In this document: positions 20,365 to 29,761 of the stretch, in pieces | How the letters are laid out: every line of letters starts with the position of its first letter | Numbering within the stretch: the stretch's first letter is position 1 | Assembly: GCA_963749075.1 (NCBI GenBank) | Contig: CAVVLJ010000017.1 | Span: 928,001 to 992,000 of the forward strand | Source: an uncultured Pseudomonadota bacterium | Lineage (GTDB): Bacteria; Pseudomonadota; Alphaproteobacteria; JACZXZ01 | Length of the DNA stretch: 64,000 nt | Direction of reading: 5' to 3' | The notes under the pieces: generated by a model | The model's database searches: none | What the model saw: only the letters and a program-made list of their open reading frames with translations | What the model was told of the DNA's origin: nothing | Made by a program: the position numbers and the translations under genes

Positions 20365-21579
20365 ATGACCCGCGTGGTGGTGACGGGACTCGGCGCCTTC
20401 GCGGCACCCGGGAAGAATGCCGCGGAGTTCGAGGCCTCCATGCGCGCCGGCAAGAGCGCCATCGGGCCGCTCACCTTCATCCGCACCGAGGGGCTTCTCG
20501 TCAAGATCGGCGCGGAGGTGGGCGCCTTCGATCCCAAGCAGCATTTCGACGATACGAAGCTCGCCCTCCTCGACCGCTTCTCCATGTTCGGCGTCATTGC
20601 CGCGCGCGAGGCGGTCGCCGACAGCGGGCTCGCCTTCCGCAACGGGCTCGGTGCGCGCACCGCCGTCATCATCGGCTCCGGCGTGGGCGGCCAGACGACG
20701 CTCGACGACAACTACTACCGCATCTACGCCGAGGGGGCGAAGCGCCTGCATCCCTTCACCATCCCCAAGCTGATGATCAACGCGCCCACCAGCCACATCA
20801 GCATGGAGCACGGCATCACCGGCCCGTCGTTCTCGGTGGCGAGCGCCTGCTCGTCCGCCAACCACGCCATCGGCATCGCCTTCCACATGGTGCGCTCGGG
20901 CGCCGTCGAGGCGGCGGTGACGGGCGGCGCCGAGGCGACGGTGACCTACGGCACCATGAAGGGCTGGGAGGCGCTGCGCGTCATGGCGCCCGACACCTGC
21001 CGGCCCTTCAGCAAGGACCGCAAGGGCATGGTGCTGGGCGAGGGCTCGGCGATCCTGGTGCTCGAGACGCTCGAGCGGGCCAAGGCGCGCGGGGCGCACA
21101 TCCACGGCGAGATCGTCGGCTTCGGCATGAGCTCGGATGCGGGCGACATCGTGCTGCCCGCCGCGAGCGGTGCCGCCGCCGCCATGCAGGCCTGCCTCGC
21201 CGACGGCAAGCTGCAGCCCGAGGAGGTCGGCTACGTCAACGCGCACGGCACCGGCACCGCCGCCAACGACGTGACCGAGACCAAGGCCATCCATATGACC
21301 TTCGGCGCGCACGCCAAGAAGCTGCTCGTCTCCTCGACCAAGTCGATGCACGGCCATGCACTGGGTGCTGCGGGCGCCATCGAGCTCGCCGCCACGCTCC
21401 TCGCACTGCGCGACGGCTTCATCCCGCCCACCGCCAACTTCACCGAAGCGGATCCCCAGTGCGACCTCGACTATGTGCCGAATGCCGCGCGCGAGGTCCA
21501 GGTGGAAGTGGCGATCTCCAATTCCTTCGCCTTCGGCGGTCACAATGCCGTGATCGCGGTGCGCCGCTTCATGGGCTGA
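20365..21579 (+). CDS. Beta-ketoacyl-ACP synthase, NodE/FabF-like
   Basis: SACSS, NAHGTGT, STKSMHGHALGAAG, NSFAFGG; WEALRVMAPDTCRPFS resembles the NodE clade. Confidence 0.88.
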   Translation: MTRVVVTGLGAFAAPGKNAAEFEASMRAGKSAIGPLTFIRTEGLLVKIGAEVGAFDPKQHFDDTKLALLDRFSMFGVIAAREAVADSGLAFRNGLGARTAVIIGSGVGGQTTLDDNYYRIYAEGAKRLHPFTIPKLMINAPTSHISMEHGITGPSFSVASACSSANHAIGIAFHMVRSGAVEAAVTGGAEATVTYGTMKGWEALRVMAPDTCRPFSKDRKGMVLGEGSAILVLETLERAKARGAHIHGEIVGFGMSSDAGDIVLPAASGAAAAMQACLADGKLQPEEVGYVNAHGTGTAANDVTETKAIHMTFGAHAKKLLVSSTKSMHGHALGAAGAIELAATLLALRDGFIPPTANFTEADPQCDLDYVPNAAREVQVEVAISNSFAFGGHNAVIAVRRFMG

Positions 21580-21719
21580 GCTGGCGGCCGCAGGGAAACC
21601 CGCTATGATCGGCAAGCGTCGGCGGTCCCGTGCGCCGGCTTGTCCGAGAGCGATGTGGGGCGCGAATGCGCCGCGGCGCGCTCGCCGGGAGCGCCCGCCA
21701 ACCAGCCGGGGAGTGGATC

Positions 21720-22460
21720 ATGGCAAAGTGTCGCGTGGCCGGTCTCGCGCGCCGGGATTTTCTCCGCCTTAGCGCAAGCGGCGCCGTGCTGCTCGCGGGC
21801 TCGCCGCTCGCAGCCCTCGCCGCCGATCCGCCGCTCAAGATCGGCACCATCGGCGCCGGGCATATCGGCGGCACGCTCGGCACGCTCTGGGTGCACGCCG
21901 GTCACCCGGTGACGTTCTCCTCGCGCAATCCCGAGGAGCTCAAGGGCCTGGTCGACGGCCTCGGCGCCCTGGCCCATGCCGGCACGGTCGCCGAAGCCAT
22001 CGCCTTCGCGGACGTGATCCTGCTCGCCGTGCCCTACAAGGCGATCCCCGACATCGGCAAGGAGTTCGCGACGGCGCTCGCCGCCAAGTCCCTCGTCCTC
22101 AACGCGAGCAATCCAATTGTGGCGCGCGACGGCGATATCGCGACCCGGGCGCGCGAGAAGGGCACCGGCCTCGCCACGGCGGAGATGCTGCCCGGGGCGC
22201 ATCTGGTGCGCGGCTTCAACGCGATCAATTATATGAAGCTGAAGGAAGATGCCAACCGCCAGGGCGGCCTGATCGGGGTGCCGCTCGCGGGCGACGACCA
22301 GAAAGCCCTCGCATTGGCCTCGAACCTGGTGCGCGAGATCGGCTTCGAGCCCGTGGTGGTCGGGCCGCTCGCCATGGGCAAGTATCTCATCCCGGGAACG
22401 CCGCTCGCGGGCGAGCACACGGCGGAGGAGATCCGCAAGATCGTGGCGACGCTCCACTGA
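21720..22460 (+). CDS. NADP oxidoreductase (F420_oxidored/NpdG-like) with Tat signal peptide
   Basis: LARRDFLRL plus hydrophobic stretch and AxA; GAGHIG, SSRNP, LAVPY, VRGFN, AGDD. Confidence 0.8.
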   Translation: MAKCRVAGLARRDFLRLSASGAVLLAGSPLAALAADPPLKIGTIGAGHIGGTLGTLWVHAGHPVTFSSRNPEELKGLVDGLGALAHAGTVAEAIAFADVILLAVPYKAIPDIGKEFATALAAKSLVLNASNPIVARDGDIATRAREKGTGLATAEMLPGAHLVRGFNAINYMKLKEDANRQGGLIGVPLAGDDQKALALASNLVREIGFEPVVVGPLAMGKYLIPGTPLAGEHTAEEIRKIVATLH

Positions 22461-22546
22461 GCGCTGCCCGGTCAAGCGGCGTTACCGCTCCAGTCGTCAT
22501 TCCCGCGAAAGCGGCAATCCATCGGCTCCGGACCCCCGCTTTCGCG

Positions 22547-24030
22547 CTAGTAGATGCACACATCTTGGTGCGGCAAAGTGACTCAGCGCGATATTTTGGG
22601 GTATCGCCAACATGATTTTGTGTGATTCTCTTTCCGGCACTTCGATTTTTGAGGAGTGCCGCGATGTCGGACGCGCAGTATTGGCCGGGTCGGTTTGGGG
22701 ATCGTCGCCTCGAAAAAGGGGGGCGGCTTTGCTCAAGGGCATGGTTGCGCGTGAAAGCAGCTGCTTGCGGCGAGCGGCCGGCGGCGAGCGCCGCGCGATC
22801 GTGCGTTACGGCCGGCTTCTTGCGAACCCCAAGGTAACGGTGGAGGCATTGCTCGCTGGCTGGGGCGAGCAGACCGCGCGCGCGGCCAGCGGGCGGCACG
22901 TGCTGGCGATCCAGGACACCAGCGAGATCGGTTTCCGGACGACGGCCGAGCGGCGGCGCGGGTTGGGCGAGATCGGCAAAGGCGTGGGGCGGGGCTTGCT
23001 GCTGCACGCGATGCTGGCGCTCGATGCCGAGACTGACGGCTGTCTCGGCCTCGTCGCCGGCCAGCTCTGGACGCGCCAGGGCCGCATCACGACGCCGCAT
23101 AACGAGCGGCCGCTGGCCGCCAAGGAATCGCAGCGCTGGCTCAGGACGGCCGAGCAGGCCAAAGAGGTCCTGTCCGCTGCCGCGATGGTGACCGTGATCG
23201 CCGATCGCGAGAGCGATATCTACGCGGAATGGGCGACGCTGCCGAGTGCGGGCTTTCATTTGCTGACGCGCTCGATGCAGGACCGTCTGCTGGCCGATGG
23301 CCGAACGCTCTATGCCGCAGGGGCGGCAATGCCGCTCGCCGCGCACACAAGCGTTTCGCTCATGGCGCGCGCCAATCGGCCGGCGCGCCAAGCCACGCTG
23401 GCGTTGCGCTTCGGGCCGGTCACGCTGCGCAGACCGCAGAGCCCAGGCGAGCACGGATTGCCAATGTGGGTCGCCCTCAGGCTGGTGGAGGTCGTCGAAT
23501 GCGACCCGCCGGCCGATGCCGAGCCGCTGCACTGGCGGCTGCTCACAACCCACGAGGTCGGCGATACGGCAGCCGCTTGGCGCATCGTCGATTGGTACAA
23601 GAAACGCTGGACGATCGAGCAGCTCTTCCGAACCCTCAAGCTCCAAGGGCTCAAGCTGGAAGACAGTCGGCTCGAGAGCGCCGAACGCTTGCTCAAGCTG
23701 GCCGCCATCGCGACCAAGGCTGCCGCCATTACCCTGCAGCTCGTGCAGGCGCGTGACGGGCAAAATGCCGCGGCGGCCAGCATCGCCTTCAACCCAGATC
23801 AAATCCAAGCCCTCATCGCACTCGATGCGACATACCGCGGCAGGACAAAACTCCAAAGCAATCCCCATCCACCGCGAAGTCTCGCCTGGGCGGCCTGGAT
23901 CATCGCCCGCCTCGGCGGATGGGACGGATACCCACGCACCAAGCCCGGGCCAATCACCTTCAAGCATGGCCTCGAATACTTCCTCGCCGTCGCCCACGGA
24001 TGGACCCTCAAAAATGTGTGAATCAACTAG
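22547..24030 (+). mobile_element. Complete IS4-family (IS50/Tn5-like) insertion sequence, 1484 bp
   Basis: Imperfect terminal IRs CTAGTAGATGCACACATCTT / AAAATGTGTGAATCAACTAG; 10-bp target duplication CGCTTTCGCG at 22537-22546 and 24031-24040. Confidence 0.93.
22664..24021 (+). CDS. IS4-family DDE transposase needing a -1 frame change at A5G6 (22713-22723)
   Basis: GAGGAG then ATG 22664 gives MSDAQYWPGRFGDRRLEK; main frame has IQDTS, IADRESDI, WRLLTT, YKKRWTIEQLFRTLK (YREK), IARLGGW. Confidence 0.88.
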
Positions 24031-24113
24031 CGCTTTCGCGGGGGTGACGAGAGAGCTGGTTCCACCTAATCGAGACATGCTCCGGCCGCGAGGCGGGCTT
24101 CGCCGCGGCAGCC

Positions 24114-25088
24114 TCAGTGGAGGTGGGGCTTCTTGAGGAAGTCCTCGCGGTTGGCCGAGCCGATGCGCACGTCGAAGCTGTCGCCCTCGCGCATGAGGGT
24201 GAGCGGCACCTCGGTGCCGGCGGGGCCGAGCGCCCAGATCTTGCGGTAGAGATCGGCCAAGCCCGTGACGCGCGCGCCGGCCACGGCGACGATGCGGTCG
24301 CCGGCGCGGATCTGGGCGCGGTGCGCCGGCCCGTTGCGCGCCAGGCTCACCACCGTCGGGCCCTCGCCCGCCTCCGTCGTGTACATGCCGAGCCAGGGCC
24401 GCGGCGGGCGGTTGCTGCGCCCGAAGCGCAGCAGGTCCTCGAAGATGGGATCGAGGAGATCGATCGGCACGATCATGTTGGCGTCGACCTGCTCGCCCGA
24501 TTCCGCGACCCCTTGCACGAGGAGCGAGCCGATGCCGAGGAGCTTGCCGTCGCGGCCGATAAGGGCGGCACCGCCCCATTGCGGATGGGCGGGAAGCGTG
24601 AAGATCGCCTCGTCGAGCACGTATTCCCAGTAGCCGGCGAACTCGCGCTTGGATGCGATGCGCGCCTGGAGCGCGTGGCGAGGGCCGCCGTGGCCGGCCA
24701 CGATGACGAGATCGCCTACCGCGCAGGCCTCCGAGCCGCCGCGCTCGAGCGCCGGCACGTCGAGCCGGCCGAGCGCCTGCACGAGCCCGAAGCCCGTCGA
24801 CTGGTCGTAGGCCAGCACGTGGCCGGGTGCCGCACCGCCTCTGCTCGTGGTGAGCCAGACGGTCGCCGCCTCCGAGATCAGGTAGCCGATGGTGAGCACG
24901 AGGCCGTCTTCGCGGATGACGACGCCGTTGCCGTCGCGCTCGGTGCCCAAGGTGGCGGCGGTGAAGGCGTCCTGCGGCACCTCGGCGCGCAGATGCACCA
25001 CGGCGGAAAGCGCCGCCTCGAGGTCGAAGGCCACGTCCTTGACGTTCGGCCGGACCTCCGAGGGAAATTCCCAATCGCGTGACGCCAC
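24114..25088 (-). CDS. Trypsin-like S1C protease homolog with PDZ domain, catalytic residues apparently absent
   Basis: GNGVVI, VLTIGYLI, HPQWGGAALI, RPWLG, PDZ (GPAHRAQIRAGDRI). Confidence 0.8.
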   Translation of the reverse strand: MASRDWEFPSEVRPNVKDVAFDLEAALSAVVHLRAEVPQDAFTAATLGTERDGNGVVIREDGLVLTIGYLISEAATVWLTTSRGGAAPGHVLAYDQSTGFGLVQALGRLDVPALERGGSEACAVGDLVIVAGHGGPRHALQARIASKREFAGYWEYVLDEAIFTLPAHPQWGGAALIGRDGKLLGIGSLLVQGVAESGEQVDANMIVPIDLLDPIFEDLLRFGRSNRPPRPWLGMYTTEAGEGPTVVSLARNGPAHRAQIRAGDRIVAVAGARVTGLADLYRKIWALGPAGTEVPLTLMREGDSFDVRIGSANREDFLKKPHLH

Positions 25089-25192
25089 GGCTCCGAAGCC
25101 TCCTCAGCTCCCGCACTCCGCCAAGGAGTTTACCACGAGCCGTCGTGGAAGATGAGACAAGTTTATCGAGCGCGCGCCGCCGCGGCCGGCCC

Positions 25193-25819
25193 TCACTCGA
25201 GCGGGATCATGACGTTGGTCTGGTAGGCCTTGAGCGCCGTAAGCCGCTTGTACCACGCCGCGAGGTGCGGCATCTCCGGCCGCTCGACGGGCAAGACGTA
25301 CCAGCGGTGGACCGAGATGCCGCAGGCTACGTCGGCGAGCGAGAGCTCCTCGCCGCTGAGGAAAGGTCCCGCCGCGAGCGGCGCATCGGCCATGCGCCAG
25401 AGCGTCGCCGTGCGTTGGCGCGCCGCCTCGATCGCCGCCATGTCGCGCTTCTCGGGCGGCGTGCGCACGAAGCCGAGGAAGATCGGCGTGATCGCGGGAT
25501 TGAGATGGGCAAGCTGCCAGTCCATCCAGCGTTCCACCTTGGCCGCCGCCGCGAGGTCCTCGGGGTAGAGGGCGCCGTGACCGTATCTCTTCGCAAGATA
25601 GCGGATGATCGTATTGGACTCCCAGAGCACGAGCCCGCCGTCCTCGACGGTCGGCACCAGGCCGTTCGGATTGAGCGCGCGATACTTCGGATCGTTGTTG
25701 CCGCCGAAGGGTCCGCCGATGTCGATGCGCTCGAAGGAAATGCCGAGCGCGTCGCAGCACCACAGCACCTTCTGCACGTTGGACGATGTCTTGCGTCCCC
25801 AGATCTTGAGCTTGGCCAT
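25193..25819 (-). CDS. Glutathione S-transferase (GstB/YliJ-like)
   Basis: IWGRKTSSNVQKVLW, NPNGLVPT, LWESNTIIRYL, WMDWQ. Confidence 0.9.
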   Translation of the reverse strand: MAKLKIWGRKTSSNVQKVLWCCDALGISFERIDIGGPFGGNNDPKYRALNPNGLVPTVEDGGLVLWESNTIIRYLAKRYGHGALYPEDLAAAAKVERWMDWQLAHLNPAITPIFLGFVRTPPEKRDMAAIEAARQRTATLWRMADAPLAAGPFLSGEELSLADVACGISVHRWYVLPVERPEMPHLAAWYKRLTALKAYQTNVMIPLE

Positions 25820-25866
25820 GCAGGTGTTCTCCCTAAGCGGTGTTCCGCGCGAGCGTCGGAGCGGCG

Positions 25867-26919
25867 TCACGCCGTCAGCACGGCGCGCCCGACGACACGG
25901 CCGGCCTTGAGGTCCTCGAGCGCCGCATAGGCTTCGCTGAGCGGCCTCTTGCGGATGGGGATGGGCGGCACTTTCTCCCGCCGCACGAGCTCGAGGAGCT
26001 CGCGGAGCTCGGCGAGGCTGCCGACGTAGGAGCCCTCTATGGTCAGCGCGCGCTGCGGAATGCTGGGCAGCGGCAGCGTGATGTCGCCGCCGAAGAGGCC
26101 GACGACGATGAGCTTGCCGCCTTTGCCGAAGCAGTCGATGGCGAGCTGTGCCGTGGCGCGCGAGCCCACCAGGTCGATGGCCGTCCACACCGTGCCGCCC
26201 ACAGCCTCCCGGATCGCCTGGACGGCGTCGGGGGCGGCGCCGTCGACGGCGGCGAGGGCGCCCGCCTTGAGTGCCGCCGCACGCTTCGCCGGATCGATGT
26301 CGACGACGACGGCGCCCCGCCCCTTCATGGCCTTGAGCAGGAGCAGGCACATGAGCCCGAGGCCGCCCGCGCCGATGACGACGGTCGGCTTCTCGGCAAG
26401 CCGCGGGCCGACCTTGCGCAGCGCCGAATAGGTGGTGAGCCCCGAGCAGGCATAGGGCGCCGCCTCGCTCGCCTCCATGTCCGACACGTCGAGCAGATAG
26501 CGCGGATGCGGCACCAGGAGATGGTCGCTGTAGCCGCCCGGGCGCTGGATGCCGAGGAAGCGCGGCGCCAGGCAGAGCTGCTCCTCCCCCATGCGGCAGA
26601 CCTCGCAAGCGCCGCAGCCGATCCAGGGATAGGCAAGGCAGCGCTGGCCGAGCTTGAGCCCGCTCGCCTCGGGCCCGAGGGCGGCGACCTCGCCCACCGT
26701 CTCGTGACCGAGCGTGTGCGGCAGCTTCATGCCGCGCTCGGCCATCATGAGCTTCCTGCCGCCGCCGAGGTCGAAGTAGCCCTCCCAGATATGGAGATCG
26801 CTGTGGCACACGCCGGCAGCGGTCACGCGCAGCAGCACCTCGCTGCCGCGCGGCGCCGGCGTTGCGCGGTCGAACGGCTGCAAGGGAGCGCCCCATGCGG
26901 TGATGTCGTAGCTGCGCAT
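25867..26919 (-). CDS. Zinc-dependent alcohol dehydrogenase
   Basis: GVCHSDLH, GHE, CGACEVC..C structural Zn, GAGGLG. Confidence 0.92.
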   Translation of the reverse strand: MRSYDITAWGAPLQPFDRATPAPRGSEVLLRVTAAGVCHSDLHIWEGYFDLGGGRKLMMAERGMKLPHTLGHETVGEVAALGPEASGLKLGQRCLAYPWIGCGACEVCRMGEEQLCLAPRFLGIQRPGGYSDHLLVPHPRYLLDVSDMEASEAAPYACSGLTTYSALRKVGPRLAEKPTVVIGAGGLGLMCLLLLKAMKGRGAVVVDIDPAKRAAALKAGALAAVDGAAPDAVQAIREAVGGTVWTAIDLVGSRATAQLAIDCFGKGGKLIVVGLFGGDITLPLPSIPQRALTIEGSYVGSLAELRELLELVRREKVPPIPIRKRPLSEAYAALEDLKAGRVVGRAVLTA

Positions 26920-27102
26920 CCTGGCCTCCCCTCGCTGCCCGCCTCTCGCGGCAGAGCCTTGCGCTATCGAGCGCACTCGGCCCGTCCCAGTCAAGAGCGA
27001 AGGTTGCGGCCGGAGAGCACCTTGGCTCTGGACTTGGCACGACCGCCACCCGCAGGATGGCGGCGGAAGAGGAGCCAACCGGCTTGCAGGGAAGGGCGGC
27101 AC

Positions 27103-27990
27103 ATGGACGAACGCCTCGGATTCATCGGCATGGGTGCCATGGGGGCGCCGATGGCGGGCCGCCTCAGGAAAGCGGGCTATGCCGTGACGGTGTGGAACCG
27201 CGCAGGCGGGAAGACGGCGCCGCTCATTGCCCTTGGCGCCGCCCAAGGCCTCGACCCCGCGGACGTGCTGGCCAGGAGCGACGTCGTCCATCTCTGCGTC
27301 TTCGACACGGCCGCTGTGGAGGCCGTGACGTTCGGCCCGCGCGGCCTCGCCGCGGCAGGGCCCCAGGCGGAGAAGCTCATCGTCGATCATTCGAGCATCG
27401 AGCCCGCGGCCACGCGCCGCATCGCGGCGCGGCTCAGCCGCGAGATCGGCGCCGGCTGGGTCGATGCGCCGGTCACGGGCGGCGTGCCCGGAGCCGAGGC
27501 CGGCACGCTCGCCATCATGGCGGGAGGCGAGCCCGCCGACATCGCCCGCCTTCGCCCCATTCTCGCCCATGTCTCCCAGCGCTTGACCCACATGGGAGCC
27601 GTGGGCGCCGGCCAGATCACCAAGCTCTGCAACCAGATGATGGTGGGCGGCACCATGGCGCTCATCGCCGAGATGCTGCAGATCGCCGCGAGCGGCGGGC
27701 TGGCGCTCGAGCGCCTGCCCGAGTGCCTCGCCGGCGGCTACGCCAATTCCGTCATCCTGCAGAACTTCGCCCTTGCCATGGCGGCGGGCGGCGTCAAGTC
27801 GGGCAATCTCGTCACCACCTTGCTCAAGGACCTCGGCAATGCCTGCGCCTTCGGCGACGGCACGGCCACGCCGATGCCGATGACGGCGCTCGCCGCGCAA
27901 CTTTACCGCACGCTCTACGTTAACCATGGCGGCGCCCACGACGGCCTCGGGGTTCTGCGGCTTTACCGCTCGCGCGCCTTGGCCGGGTGA
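27103..27990 (+). CDS. Beta-hydroxyacid dehydrogenase (MmsB/GarR family)
   Basis: GFIGMGAMG, WNR, DAPVTGG, GAGQITKLCNQ, KDL. Confidence 0.9.
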   Translation: MDERLGFIGMGAMGAPMAGRLRKAGYAVTVWNRAGGKTAPLIALGAAQGLDPADVLARSDVVHLCVFDTAAVEAVTFGPRGLAAAGPQAEKLIVDHSSIEPAATRRIAARLSREIGAGWVDAPVTGGVPGAEAGTLAIMAGGEPADIARLRPILAHVSQRLTHMGAVGAGQITKLCNQMMVGGTMALIAEMLQIAASGGLALERLPECLAGGYANSVILQNFALAMAAGGVKSGNLVTTLLKDLGNACAFGDGTATPMPMTALAAQLYRTLYVNHGGAHDGLGVLRLYRSRALAG

Positions 27991-28024
27991 CGCGGGAGCG
28001 GCCGGCCCCCGCTCCCGCATTCCC

Positions 28025-28630
28025 TCAGGCGCTGCCCAGCACCCCGTGAAGGAATTGCCGGATGAGGCGCTCCGCGATGGCTTCGATCTCTCGCACCGGC
28101 TTCCCTTCGTACCAATGGAGCGCGCCGTTCGCGAGGGCGAGGAGGCCGATGGCCGCGGCCTTCACGTCGAAGCCGGCGGGAAGCTCGCCGGCTACAACGG
28201 CGCGGCGGAAGATGTCCTCCCAGAGGCGGTGATAGTCTTCGGCCAGGGCCTTGAGCTCGGGCAGCACGGCTTCCGGCAGATTGCACCTCGCGAAGGTGAA
28301 GGCCGCCGCAAGATAGGAGCGGTTGTGCGTGAAATGCAGCATCATGCCCGCGCGGACCTTCTCCGCGATCGGCCGCCCGCTTTCCAGCACGACCGCAAGG
28401 CGCGCGTTGAATGTGGCACCCTCCTCGCGGCACACCTCGGCCAGCGCCGCCTCCTTGGAGGGCACGTAGTAATAGAGGCTGCCGGGGAGGAGGCCGATGC
28501 GCTCGCCGATGTCGCGCGTGGTGGCCTCGTGGAAGCCCTTTTCCGAGAACACGGCCGCCGCGGCCGCGATGACCTCGCGGCGGCGCCGGTTGCGCTTCTC
28601 GGCACTCCGTCCTTTGGCGCTCGCCGTCAT
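28025..28630 (-). CDS. TetR family regulator (KstR2/PaaR-like)
   Basis: FSEKGFHEATTRDIGERIGLLPGSLYYYVPSKE; C-terminal NGALHWY. Confidence 0.88.
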   Translation of the reverse strand: MTASAKGRSAEKRNRRRREVIAAAAAVFSEKGFHEATTRDIGERIGLLPGSLYYYVPSKEAALAEVCREEGATFNARLAVVLESGRPIAEKVRAGMMLHFTHNRSYLAAAFTFARCNLPEAVLPELKALAEDYHRLWEDIFRRAVVAGELPAGFDVKAAAIGLLALANGALHWYEGKPVREIEAIAERLIRQFLHGVLGSA

Positions 28631-28653
28631 CCTCTCTGGCATCCCCGGCCCCG

Positions 28654-29754
28654 CTAGCTCCACACCTCGGCAGCCACCTTGCCGACGAGCTCGAGCTTGC
28701 GCCACTGCTCCTCCTCGCCCATGGGAGCGCCGCCCACGGTGGTGCCGAAGCCGCATTGCGGGCTGAGCGCCAATTGGCCGTGGCTCGCGAAGGCGGCCGC
28801 CTCGTCGATGCGCCGCTTGAGATGCGCCGCCGCCTCGAGCACTGGCGTCTTGCTGCTGACCAGCCCGAGCACGGCCGATTTCTCCTTCGGCAGGAAGCGC
28901 AGCGGCCGGAAGTCGCCGGCGCGCGCGCTGTCGTATTCCAGAAGGAAGTGGTCTGCCGCGGCCTCTGAGAAGAGCCGCTCCGCCACCGGCTCGTAGCCGC
29001 CCGAGCCGATCCAGTGGCCGCGGAAATTGCCGCGGCAGAGGTGGATGCCGACCGCCATGCCGGGCGGGCGGGCGGCGATGGCGCGGTTGAGCGCGTCGAT
29101 GTAGCGGCCGAGAAGTTGCCGCCAGTCCCAGCCCCACTGTGCCACGCGCTCGCGCACCTTGGCGTCGCAGAGGAGTGCGATCGGCACCTCGTCGAGCTGC
29201 AGGTAGCGGCAGCCAAGCCGGCCGAGCTCGGCGATCTCCTCGGCATAGACGGCGACGAGATCGTCCCAATAGGCCTCGTCGCCGCCGTAGACGCCGCGGT
29301 CGATGCCGTCGGGTCCGCGGAAGAAATGCATGACCGAGGGTGCCGGCATGGTGATCTTGACGGGCCGCGCCGCGACCGCGCGGGCGAAGGCGAACTCGGC
29401 ACCGGCGATGCTCTTGACGCGGCGGATGCGGCCCTGGTTGTGCGGCACCGGCACCGGGATGCTCGCCTCCTCGCCGGCGAGGAAATTGAAGCGGGTGTCG
29501 CGGTGCTCGAGCCCCTCCACCGCATCGACGAAGCCCGCGAGCCAGGAGCGCCGGCGGAACTCGCCGTCGCTCACGGCACCGAGGCCCGCCGCCTCCTGAC
29601 GCCGGATCGCGGCGCCGATCGCCTCATCGAGTGCTGCCTCGAATCCGGCGGCGTCCAGACGCCCGGCCCCGTGCGCCTTGTAGGCGTCGCGCAGCGCCTT
29701 GGGGCGGAGCAGGCTGCCGATGTGATCGGCACGGTAGATGGTATGTGCGGACAC
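28654..29754 (-). CDS. Cobalamin-independent methionine synthase II family protein (catalytic barrel only)
   Basis: RADHIGSLLRP, DGEFRR, HLCRGN, LEYD, SPQCGF zinc ligands. Confidence 0.88.
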   Translation of the reverse strand: MSAHTIYRADHIGSLLRPKALRDAYKAHGAGRLDAAGFEAALDEAIGAAIRRQEAAGLGAVSDGEFRRRSWLAGFVDAVEGLEHRDTRFNFLAGEEASIPVPVPHNQGRIRRVKSIAGAEFAFARAVAARPVKITMPAPSVMHFFRGPDGIDRGVYGGDEAYWDDLVAVYAEEIAELGRLGCRYLQLDEVPIALLCDAKVRERVAQWGWDWRQLLGRYIDALNRAIAARPPGMAVGIHLCRGNFRGHWIGSGGYEPVAERLFSEAAADHFLLEYDSARAGDFRPLRFLPKEKSAVLGLVSSKTPVLEAAAHLKRRIDEAAAFASHGQLALSPQCGFGTTVGGAPMGEEEQWRKLELVGKVAAEVWS

Positions 29755-29761
29755 CGGACGT

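Larger units (their letters stand above)
22496..24048. repeat. REP-type palindrome pair split by the IS insertion
   Basis: GTCATTCCCGCGAAAGCGGCAATCCA...GGACCCCCGCTTTCGCG [IS] CGCTTTCGCGGGGGTGAC; intact relative at 37076-37166. Confidence 0.85.

Noticed and set aside
20024-21579. nodFE implying Nod-factor synthesis or symbiosis
   Set aside because: No nodABC, nod box or other nod genes in the window; linkage is to lpxD
22612-22663. ATG 22612 as transposase start, giving an uninterrupted 469-aa ORF
   Set aside because: No RBS, and its N-terminus lacks the FGDxRL motif found in the frame starting at 22664; not fully excluded
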